Of a stretch of DNA of 44,797 nucleotides, positions 1 to 7,223 are shown piece by piece. How positions within the stretch are numbered: the stretch's first letter is position 1; each line of letters begins with the position of its first letter. The stretch is from Rubrivivax sp. (GTDB taxonomy: Bacteria > Pseudomonadota > Gammaproteobacteria > Burkholderiales > Burkholderiaceae_C): NCBI GenBank assembly GCA_043760065.1, contig JAYUPN010000064.1, positions 1 through 44,797 on the forward strand. Direction: 5' to 3'. The notes under the pieces are model-generated. The model saw nothing but the letters and a program-made list of their open reading frames with translations, was not told where the DNA came from and did no database searches. The position numbers and the translations under genes were made by a program.

Positions 1-1
1 C

Positions 2-703
2 CTGGCCGACGCCGCGACGCTGACCGTCAACCCGCTGCTGCACGGCAAGCTGCCCTACGACCCGGTGCGCGACCTCGAACCGCTGACGCTGCTCTTCCGC
101 GCCACGTTCGTGATCTGGGTCGGCGGCGCGAACCGGCTGCACAGCCTGCAGGAGTTGCAGGATGCGGCGCGCCGCGCACCGGGCCGGGTGAGCTACGCGT
201 CGCTGGGCAACGGCCACCCCAGCCAGGTGGCAGTGGAGAGCTACGCGCATGCCGCGGGCCTGCAACTGCTGCACGTGCCGTTCAAGGAAGGCGGTGCGCT
301 GATGGCCGCCGTGGCATCGGGCGAGGTCGACTTCACCGCCTTCAGCCTGAACACGATGGCCGGCCTGATGAGCAGCGGCCGCGTGCGGCCCCTGGCCGTG
401 GCGGCGCGCGACCGGCTGGCCTCGCACCCGGCGATCCCGACATTGCGCGAGGCCGGCGGCCCGCCGGTGGACATGCACCCCTGGGCGGCGCTGATGGCGG
501 TGGCCGGGACGCCGGTGTCGGTGCTGGCCACGCTGCAGCAGGGACTGGCCGTGGCGCTGGCCAGCAAAGCCGTGCGCAGCCGCGCCGAAGGCGCCGGCTT
601 CGACATCACGCCATCGAACCCGCAGGCCGTGCGCGAGCGAATGGCCGCCGACACGGCCCTGGTGCAGCCGCTGATCGCCGCCGGGCGGGTGGCGAAGTTC
701 TGA
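2..703 (+). CDS. Tripartite tricarboxylate transporter substrate-binding protein (Bug/TctC family), 5'-truncated by window edge
   Basis: Frame is open from position 2 (LADAATLTVNPLLHGKLPYDPVRDLEP); family motifs YASLGNG, LLHVPFKEG, GRVRPLAV, P.IPTLREAG. Confidence 0.9.
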   Translation: MADAATLTVNPLLHGKLPYDPVRDLEPLTLLFRATFVIWVGGANRLHSLQELQDAARRAPGRVSYASLGNGHPSQVAVESYAHAAGLQLLHVPFKEGGALMAAVASGEVDFTAFSLNTMAGLMSSGRVRPLAVAARDRLASHPAIPTLREAGGPPVDMHPWAALMAVAGTPVSVLATLQQGLAVALASKAVRSRAEGAGFDITPSNPQAVRERMAADTALVQPLIAAGRVAKF

Positions 704-787
704 GACGCCCTCAGCCATGCCCGCCGCGCCCCGTATCGCCCGTGTGCGCGGGCCGGGCACGGCTCAGACGCTACGCCACACGCCGCC

Positions 788-1291
788 ATGATCGTGCGCC
801 GGTCCGCCCTCGTGGCCCTGCCGGCGGCGCACGTGTTCGACGTCATCGAAGCCGCCGAGCACTATCCGCGTTTCTTGCCCTGGTGCGCCGCAGCCACCAT
901 CGTCAGCCGCGACGACACGCTGGTGTCGGCCGACCTGCACCTGCGCTGGGGCGGCATGGACTTCGAGATGCGCACGCGCAACCCGAAGCAACGCCCTGCG
1001 CTGATGCAGATCCAGCTCGAGCGCGGTCCGTTCCGGCGCTTCGAGGGCGAATGGCGGCTGACCGCGCTGGGCCCCGGCGCCTGCAAGGTCGCCTTCGTGC
1101 TCGACTGCGAATTCGGCAGCGGCTGGATGACGCAGGCTGCCGGCCCGGTGTTCAGCCGCATCGCCGATACGCTGGTCGACCTCTTCGTGCAGCGCGCGCA
1201 GGCGCTGCCCTTGGCCGAGGCGTGGTCACCGCAGCGGCCGGCCGAAGCGCCGGGCACGCCCCCGGCGCCGCCCGAAGGAAGGGTCTCCTGA
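788..1291 (+). CDS. RatA/PasT/Coq10-like START-domain (quinone-binding/cyclase family) protein
   Basis: RSALV..PA..VFDVI...EHYPRFLPWC, LERGPFRRFEGEWRL, CKV.F.L..EF, F..IADTLVD.FV.RA match the RatA/Coq10 pattern. Confidence 0.85.
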   Translation: MIVRRSALVALPAAHVFDVIEAAEHYPRFLPWCAAATIVSRDDTLVSADLHLRWGGMDFEMRTRNPKQRPALMQIQLERGPFRRFEGEWRLTALGPGACKVAFVLDCEFGSGWMTQAAGPVFSRIADTLVDLFVQRAQALPLAEAWSPQRPAEAPGTPPAPPEGRVS

Positions 1292-1301
1292 CGCAGATCA
1301 A
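1288..1301 (+). promoter_or_regulatory. FNR/CRP-family box upstream of the monoheme cytochrome c gene
   Basis: CTGAC-GCAG-ATCAA vs consensus TTGAT-N4-ATCAA; nearest -10-like CACAAT (1335-1340) is 33 nt away, about one helical turn further than at the other sites. Confidence 0.6.
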
Positions 1302-1436
1302 GTTCGTCTTGTCCAGATGCGGTCAGGCCCAGCCCACAATCGACCCAAACACTCGTTGCCGGCGAGAAGCAGTCAACGACACGACGCCGAGATCAGTTCG
1401 TTGAGGGTCCCTTGTTCCTTTGCTGGAGAACGCATC

Positions 1437-1757
1437 ATGAAGCTGCCGTTTGCCCTGCTCGCCCTGTTTGCCGCCATGGGCTTTGCCCTCGTCGGCGGTG
1501 GCGCGTTTGCCGCCACGGGCGAAGAGGTCGTCAACGCACAGAAGTGCACCAAGTGCCACACCGCCACGACGACCAAGAAGGGCCCGTCGTACGCTTCGGT
1601 GGCGACCAAGTACAAAGGCAAACCCGAAGCCGCCGCCGCCCTGTTCAAGAGCTTGAAGGCCGGCGGCAAGATGGGCGAAGAAGACGACCACAAGAAGGTC
1701 GAGGGCTCTGACGACGACATCAAGGCCGTCGTGGCCTTCGTGCTGGCCGCCAAGTAG
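1437..1757 (+). CDS. Periplasmic monoheme class I cytochrome c, MtoD-like (probable His distal ligand)
   Basis: GGAG RBS then ATG 1437; signal peptide ending AFA; CTKCH, KKGPSY, KYKG; GEEDDHKK where c551-type proteins have a Met-Pro ligand loop. Confidence 0.85.
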   Translation: MKLPFALLALFAAMGFALVGGGAFAATGEEVVNAQKCTKCHTATTTKKGPSYASVATKYKGKPEAAAALFKSLKAGGKMGEEDDHKKVEGSDDDIKAVVAFVLAAK

Positions 1758-1791
1758 CCGCACCGCGGCGCCGCTGCCCGCCGGGCGCTTG

Positions 1792-1833
1792 TTGACTCAG
1801 CGCAAAGCCGGGCGGGCGCCGCGAAATTATCGT
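1792..1833 (+). promoter_or_regulatory. Class II FNR-type promoter for the NapC/CymA-like gene
   Basis: TTGAC-TCAG-CGCAA (1792-1805), 22-nt spacer, -10 TATCGT (1828-1833). Confidence 0.7.
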
Positions 1834-1868
1834 GACCGGGTTCATCGGCTTTCGAGCGAGGTTCCCGA

Positions 1869-2546
1869 ATGGCTCCGTCCAACAGCCCCGGTGCGCGGCG
1901 CCGCTTCTTCGGCTGGCTCTTTTCGCCGTCGTCCCGCTGGTCGGTGTTTGCGCTGCTGGCGCTGGGGTTGTTGCTCGGTGCGGTCTTCGTGATCGGCACC
2001 CAGGTTGCAGTGGCGGTGACGGGCAGCAATCAGTTCTGTGGCACGGCGTGCCACTCACACGCCAAGTTCGTCTACCCCGAGTACCAAGCCTCGGTGCACG
2101 GCAGCAACCGCACCGGCGTGCAGGCGCAGTGCCACAGCTGCCACCTCCCGCACAACTACAGCCAGATGCTGCTCTACAAGACGCAGGCGGGCATTCGCGA
2201 CGTCATCGCCGAGATGAGAGGCACGATCTCGACGAAGGAGAAATTCGAGGCCAAGCGCTGGGAACTGGCCAACCACGTCTGGGACGAAATGCGCGCCGAC
2301 AACTCGGCCAACTGTCGCACCTGCCATACGCCCGAGGCGATGAACCCAGCCAAGCAGAGCGAAGACGCGGTCAAGCAGCACAAGAAGTTCACCTCGGGCA
2401 AGGCCACCTGTATCGACTGCCACACCGGCGTTGCGCACAAGGAACCCGAGGAGCCCAAGGCCGCCAAGCCCGCGGCTGCCACCGCACCTGCAGCGGCAGC
2501 AACGGTGAGCGCCCCGCCATCGGCAGCCGCCAGCGGCGCCAAGTAG
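1869..2546 (+). CDS. NapC/NirT-family membrane-anchored tetraheme quinol dehydrogenase (CymA/ImoA-like)
   Basis: N-terminal TM helix; heme motifs CGTACH, CHSCH, CRTCH, CIDCH; SVH.SNRTGV.A and GTI.T.EKFE family motifs; Ala/Pro-rich tail. Confidence 0.92.
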   Translation: MAPSNSPGARRRFFGWLFSPSSRWSVFALLALGLLLGAVFVIGTQVAVAVTGSNQFCGTACHSHAKFVYPEYQASVHGSNRTGVQAQCHSCHLPHNYSQMLLYKTQAGIRDVIAEMRGTISTKEKFEAKRWELANHVWDEMRADNSANCRTCHTPEAMNPAKQSEDAVKQHKKFTSGKATCIDCHTGVAHKEPEEPKAAKPAAATAPAAAATVSAPPSAAASGAK

Positions 2547-2610
2547 GCCGCAAGGTGCGGTCAGCACCGGCCACACGACACGCTCACTTTGGCCGCCAGC
2601 ACGCACCAAA

Positions 2611-2651
2611 CTGATCCAGATCAAGGTTTGCAGCGTCGCGGCTCCTAGAGT
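2611..2651 (+). promoter_or_regulatory. Class II FNR-type promoter for mtrC-HhH-mtrA-mtrB
   Basis: CTGAT-CCAG-ATCAA (2611-2624), 21-nt spacer, -10 TAGAGT (2646-2651). Confidence 0.75.
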
Positions 2652-2735
2652 CCAAGCAACACCAAGGGCTCGACCGTACCCTCGTCGGGGATGCGGCTTG
2701 CCGAGCTTGACCACCCGACCGCTGGAGCAGCCGAA

Positions 2736-5594
2736 ATGCGCACCTCGAAGAGCCGCTCATGGACCGCACTCGTGATTTCCGGCTTGATCGCCGTCGCGCT
2801 GGCCGGTTGCGGCGGCAGCGACGGTGACACCGGCGCCACCGGTGCCACCGGGCCCGCTGGGCCACCCGGCCCCCCGGGCACACCGGGCACGTCGGGCCCG
2901 CCAGGGCCTGGAACCGGGACTGCCTTCGTCGTCGGCAGCAACACGCTGACCAATGCCAGTGCCGTCGCTGCCAATGCCGCGGCCTGGGAGGCGCTCGAGC
3001 CCACCGTCACGGTGACCGGCGTCACGGTGGCCGGCAAGCCGGTCGTCAACTTCACGGTCACGGACGGCTTCAACCGTCCCGTGGTCGGCCTGGGCAACAC
3101 TTCCAAGTCCAGCACCGCCACGGTCGCGAGTTATCCCAACCTCGCCTTCTCGATCGCCAAGCTGGTGCCCGGCACCGCCGGCAGCCCCAGCAAGTGGGTG
3201 AGCTACATCGTCACCACGGTACCGACGACGACCACGGCTTCTGCACCCACGCGACCCAGCACCGACAGCACCGGCACCCTGGTCGACAACGGTGACGGGA
3301 GCTACAAGTACACCTTCTACCGCGACGTCACGGCCATCAAGGCCGCAGTCGACGGCATGACCGTGACCGGCGTGAACAACAAGGCCGACCTGGGAGACCT
3401 CAGCTACGAGCCCACGCGCACGCACCGCCTGACCATCGTGTTGTCGGGCAATGCGCCCGGCACCGGCACCAACACCCCGACCGGCGCCAGTTCGGCCATC
3501 GCCGGCGTGCCGCTGAAGAAGCCCTTGGACGTGATCCACGACTTCATTCCGTCCACTGGTGCAAAGGTCACGTCGAGCGACTTCCAACGCGACATCGTCG
3601 CCAACGCCAAGTGCGAGTCCTGCCACCGCAAGCTCGGCGGCATCCCGGGGCTGAGCGCCGAATCGGCAGCGGCCGGCTTCCACGGCGGCAGCCGCAACAA
3701 CGTGCAGTACTGTGTCGTCTGCCACACCGAGCAGCGCCGCTATGGGCGCACCGAAGCCACGGCCACGACCAGTGGCGCCGTCAAGACCTTCACCGCCTCG
3801 ACCTACGTCGTCGACGACCGCACGGTGGGCAACCTGCCCAACTTCGTGCACAAGGTTCACGCGTCTTCGCTGCTGTCGCACAAGAACTACGACTACGGCG
3901 GCGTCAAGCTCAACGAACCCACCTACCCGCAGGACCTGCGCAATTGCACCTCGTGCCACGACGGTTCGCTGCTGCCCACCAACAAGACGGCGCAGGGCGA
4001 CAACTGGAAGAACGCACCGAGTGCGCTGGCCTGCGGTTCCTGCCACGACGGCATCAACTTCAAGACCGGCACCGGCGTCACGATGGCCGATGCGGCGCGA
4101 GGACTGACCTCCACGGTCAGCGCCCACCCGGCCGGCGCACTGCCCGATGATTCGCAATGCGCGGTCTGCCACAAGAGTGGCGGTCTGGTCGACACCGATC
4201 TCTACCACCTGCCGGTGACGCCGCCCAACATGGGCAGCGTGCTGCACGTCGTCGGCGGCAACGCCAACACCGGCGCAGCCTGGATCGCTTCCAACACCAC
4301 GCGGCTGCCGGCGGGCGCGATCAAGGTCAGCTACGAGATCAAGAGCGTGTCGCGCGATGCCACGAGCAAGCGGCCGACGATCGTCTTCCGGCTGCTGCAG
4401 AACGGCACGCCCGCGCCGCTGAATACCTTCGCCACCGCAGCGGTCAACCCGGCCACCGGGTTCAAGGAGATCTGGGACAACTTCATGGGTTCGCCCAGCG
4501 CGTACTTCGTGTGGGCGCAGCCGCAGGACGGCATCGCTGCGCCAGCGGACTTCAACGCCACGGGCGCGGGCTACATCCGCAACATCTGGAACGGCACGGC
4601 CACGGGCACGGGTGCCGGCACGATCACGGGCCCCGACAGCACCGGCTACTACACCGTCACCCTCACCGGCGTGGTCGTGCCCGACACCGCGGTCATGCTC
4701 AGCGGCGGTATCGGCTACTCGTACAACGCCAGAACCACGCTGCCGCTGACGCAGACCAACCTGGCGGACTACCCGACCTCGGCATCGCCGGTGCCCGTCG
4801 GCCCCGGACCCACCGACCTCATCGCCGGCAACTCCAACCGCACCGGCGGCCTGATCGTGATCGCGCCCAACAAGCAGATGGTGGCCACCGGCTACACCGG
4901 CCGGCGCGCCATCGTCGAGGACGCACGCTGCAGCTCCTGCCACCAGGACCTGGGCACCTTCACCGAGGACGCCTTCCATGCCGGGCAGCGCAACGACGGC
5001 ACAACGTGCTCGTGGTGCCACACGCCCAACAGGACCAGCCGCGGCTGGTCGGCCGATTCGACGAGCTTCGTGCACGCCATCCACGGCGCGGCCGTGCGCT
5101 CGGTGCCCTACGGCTGGCAAGCCACGGCGACGACGAGCTTCGCGGACGTCACCTTCCCCGGCATCCTGAGCCAATGCGAGACCTGCCACCTGCCCGGCAC
5201 CTACGACTTCAGGGCCACGACATCGGCCGCCGCGGTGGGCCTGGGGGCCGACGGGCTGGACAAGCGACAGAACCGGACCGTGGGCGTGGGCACCTATGCG
5301 GCGTCGATCGCCAACTCGCCGTACATCACGGTGGGCACTGCCTACGGCAGCGGCTTCAGCGTGGCCGGTGCCACCGGTGTCGCGACCGAGGCAGCGGCGT
5401 CGACGCTCGTGACCTCGCCCACGGCCACGGCGTGCTTCGCCTGCCACGACTCGACCAACGCGGTCTGGCACTACAAGATCAACGGCGGCGCGATCTACGA
5501 CTCGCGCAGCGTGGCCGCCACGCAAAAGGAGAGTTGTTTCGTCTGCCACGGCCCGGGTCGCATCGCCGACATCAAGACCTCGCACTCGAAGTAG
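2736..5594 (+). CDS. mtrC: OmcA/MtrC-family decaheme outer-surface c-type cytochrome lipoprotein
   Basis: GGAG RBS, ATG 2736; lipobox LAG-C; ten CxxCH motifs in two groups of five separated by heme-free domains; GTLVDNGDGSY.YTF, RDIV...CESCH and RRAIVED..CSSCH family patterns. Confidence 0.92.
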   Translation: MRTSKSRSWTALVISGLIAVALAGCGGSDGDTGATGATGPAGPPGPPGTPGTSGPPGPGTGTAFVVGSNTLTNASAVAANAAAWEALEPTVTVTGVTVAGKPVVNFTVTDGFNRPVVGLGNTSKSSTATVASYPNLAFSIAKLVPGTAGSPSKWVSYIVTTVPTTTTASAPTRPSTDSTGTLVDNGDGSYKYTFYRDVTAIKAAVDGMTVTGVNNKADLGDLSYEPTRTHRLTIVLSGNAPGTGTNTPTGASSAIAGVPLKKPLDVIHDFIPSTGAKVTSSDFQRDIVANAKCESCHRKLGGIPGLSAESAAAGFHGGSRNNVQYCVVCHTEQRRYGRTEATATTSGAVKTFTASTYVVDDRTVGNLPNFVHKVHASSLLSHKNYDYGGVKLNEPTYPQDLRNCTSCHDGSLLPTNKTAQGDNWKNAPSALACGSCHDGINFKTGTGVTMADAARGLTSTVSAHPAGALPDDSQCAVCHKSGGLVDTDLYHLPVTPPNMGSVLHVVGGNANTGAAWIASNTTRLPAGAIKVSYEIKSVSRDATSKRPTIVFRLLQNGTPAPLNTFATAAVNPATGFKEIWDNFMGSPSAYFVWAQPQDGIAAPADFNATGAGYIRNIWNGTATGTGAGTITGPDSTGYYTVTLTGVVVPDTAVMLSGGIGYSYNARTTLPLTQTNLADYPTSASPVPVGPGPTDLIAGNSNRTGGLIVIAPNKQMVATGYTGRRAIVEDARCSSCHQDLGTFTEDAFHAGQRNDGTTCSWCHTPNRTSRGWSADSTSFVHAIHGAAVRSVPYGWQATATTSFADVTFPGILSQCETCHLPGTYDFRATTSAAAVGLGADGLDKRQNRTVGVGTYAASIANSPYITVGTAYGSGFSVAGATGVATEAAASTLVTSPTATACFACHDSTNAVWHYKINGGAIYDSRSVAATQKESCFVCHGPGRIADIKTSHSK
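2814..2912 (+). repeat. Collagen-like (Gly-X-Y)11 tether in MtrC
   Basis: GSD GDT GAT GAT GPA GPP GPP GTP GTS GPP GPG just after the lipidated Cys. Confidence 0.85.
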
Positions 5595-5609
5595 GCACGG
5601 CGCAGACAC

Positions 5610-5686
5610 GCGGTGGCAGCAAGGAAGGCATGCCGACCCCTTTGCCACCGCTCGACCAACCCGGCAGGTGAACAGCCTCCGGGTTG
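5610..5686 (+). other. Two intergenic stem-loops after mtrC (mRNA stabiliser or attenuator candidates)
   Basis: GCGGTGGCA (5610-5618)/TGCCACCGC (5643-5651) and CAACCCGG (5657-5664)/CCGGGTTG (5679-5686); no clear poly-T tract. Confidence 0.5.
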
Positions 5687-5710
5687 TTGCACTTTCGCAA
5701 TCATTCGCAC

Positions 5711-6157
5711 ATGAGCAAGACCGCCGTTCACCCCGCACGCTGGCACGCAGCGACGAAGCTCGCAGCGCTGCCGCTGGCGGCGCTGGTGCTCGTGGTGGCC
5801 GTCAGCGCCGCCCGCGCCGCGGCACCTGCACCGGCACCTGCGCCGGCACCTGCCGCCCATCCCGCCCACCCTGCCGCCGCGATCGCCTCCGGGCCCGACG
5901 GCCACGCCGGCCGGCCCGCACGCCAACAGATGCGGCTCGCGCCGGCCGCACGCATCGACATCAACAGCGCCAGCCTCAAGCAGTTGATGAGCTTGCCCGG
6001 CATCGGCGAGGCCGAGGCGAAGAAGATCATCGCCAACCGGCACTACCTGAGCAAGGCCGAACTGGTGCACAAGGGCGTGCTGCCGACGGGGCCCTACCTG
6101 TCGCTGAAGGATCACATCGTCGCGCTGCAGAAGAAGCCCACCCAACGCAAGTCCTGA
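5711..6157 (+). CDS. Exported helix-hairpin-helix (ComEA/PsbU-like fold) protein with Ala/Pro linker
   Basis: Hydrophobic signal ending ARA, APAPAPAPAP linker, IDINSAS..QLMSLPGIGEAEAKKIIANR.Y HhH motif. Confidence 0.82.
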   Translation: MSKTAVHPARWHAATKLAALPLAALVLVVAVSAARAAAPAPAPAPAPAAHPAHPAAAIASGPDGHAGRPARQQMRLAPAARIDINSASLKQLMSLPGIGEAEAKKIIANRHYLSKAELVHKGVLPTGPYLSLKDHIVALQKKPTQRKS

Positions 6158-6221
6158 ACGGCGGCAGGCCAGACCTGCCACCCGACGGACCGCTCCGACA
6201 CCGACCACGAGGACCTCACCG

Positions 6222-7154
6222 ATGAAGCTCGCCAGAGTCCTGTTGTGCACCGGGTGGCTGCTGGCGTCGCTGTCGTGGCAGCCGCCGGCGCTGGCGCAGC
6301 CCGGCGAATACAGCAAGGAAGGCGCCGACACCTGCCTGGGCTGCCACGACGACGAGACGCCGGCCTACTCCGCGGCTGCCATCTTCAAGTCCAAGCACGC
6401 GCACCGCGGCAACAAGCGCGCGCCATTCGGCGCCGGCGGTTTGCAGTGCGAGTCCTGCCACGGGCCGGGCGCGGCGCATGCCAAGAACAAGAAGGCGGCG
6501 TCGATCAACAGCTTCAAGCCGGATTCCACCTTCACGCTGGCACAGCGCAACGAAGCCTGCCTGTCGTGCCACCAAGGCGCCTCGCGCAACGGCTGGCACA
6601 CCGGCGCGCACGAGCGCGGCAAGCTGGCCTGCACCGACTGCCACAAGATCCACCAGGAACGCGACGCGGTGCTGAGCAAGACGAGCGAACCGCAGGTCTG
6701 CGCAAGCTGCCACAAGCAGCAGCGGGCGGACTTCCACAAGGCGTCTTCGCACCCGCTGCGCCAGGGCCGCATGGCCTGCAGCGACTGCCACGCCTCGCAC
6801 GGCTCCAGCGCGCAGGCGATGCTGGTCCAGCCCACGCTCAACCAGACCTGCACCAGCTGCCACGCCGACAAGCGCGGCCCGGTGCTGTGGGAACACGCCC
6901 CGGTGGCCGAGGACTGCTCGCTGTGCCACAGCCCGCACGGCTCGGTGCGCGCGGCGCTGCTGACGAAGAGCCCGCCGCTGTTGTGCCAGCAGTGCCACAG
7001 CGCGGCCGGCCACCCGGCACTGCCGCGCACCGGCGCGGCGCTGCCTTCGGGCGGCGGCACCGGCGCGAGCTTCCTGGTCGGCGGTGGCTGCACCAACTGC
7101 CACACGCAGGTCCACGGCTCCAACCACCCCAGCGGCGCGAAGCTGATGCGCTGA
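6222..7154 (+). CDS. mtrA: MtrA/MtoA/DmsE-family periplasmic decaheme cytochrome c
   Basis: GAGGA RBS; signal peptide; ten CxxCH motifs; GADTCL.CH, CESCHGPG, KRGP.LWEHAPV.EDC, CTNCH.QVHGSNHPSG. Confidence 0.95.
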   Translation: MKLARVLLCTGWLLASLSWQPPALAQPGEYSKEGADTCLGCHDDETPAYSAAAIFKSKHAHRGNKRAPFGAGGLQCESCHGPGAAHAKNKKAASINSFKPDSTFTLAQRNEACLSCHQGASRNGWHTGAHERGKLACTDCHKIHQERDAVLSKTSEPQVCASCHKQQRADFHKASSHPLRQGRMACSDCHASHGSSAQAMLVQPTLNQTCTSCHADKRGPVLWEHAPVAEDCSLCHSPHGSVRAALLTKSPPLLCQQCHSAAGHPALPRTGAALPSGGGTGASFLVGGGCTNCHTQVHGSNHPSGAKLMR

Positions 7155-7223
7155 CGCGCCCTTGCCGTGCATCTCAAAGACGCGCGCGGCGCCGGCCCCA
7201 CACCACCGAACACGGATGCATTC

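Noticed and set aside
788-1291. Type II toxin-antitoxin module
   Set aside because: No antitoxin ORF adjacent; the family is better explained as a quinone-binding START protein.
1764-1823. Imperfect inverted repeat around the second FNR box as an intrinsic terminator
   Set aside because: Long irregular loop and no U-tract; GC-rich pairing may be chance.
5687-5710. TTGCA-CTTT-CGCAA / GCAATCATTCGCA as an FNR or Fur box before the HhH gene
   Set aside because: Weak match to either consensus and too close to the ATG for class II geometry; cannot be supported without a PWM scan.
2757-5738. 993-aa minus-strand ORF and similar long antisense or off-frame ORFs (6216-8783, 19829-21568, 36942-39209, 38996-42193)
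   Set aside because: Shadow frames of well-supported genes in high-GC DNA, with no recognisable motifs.
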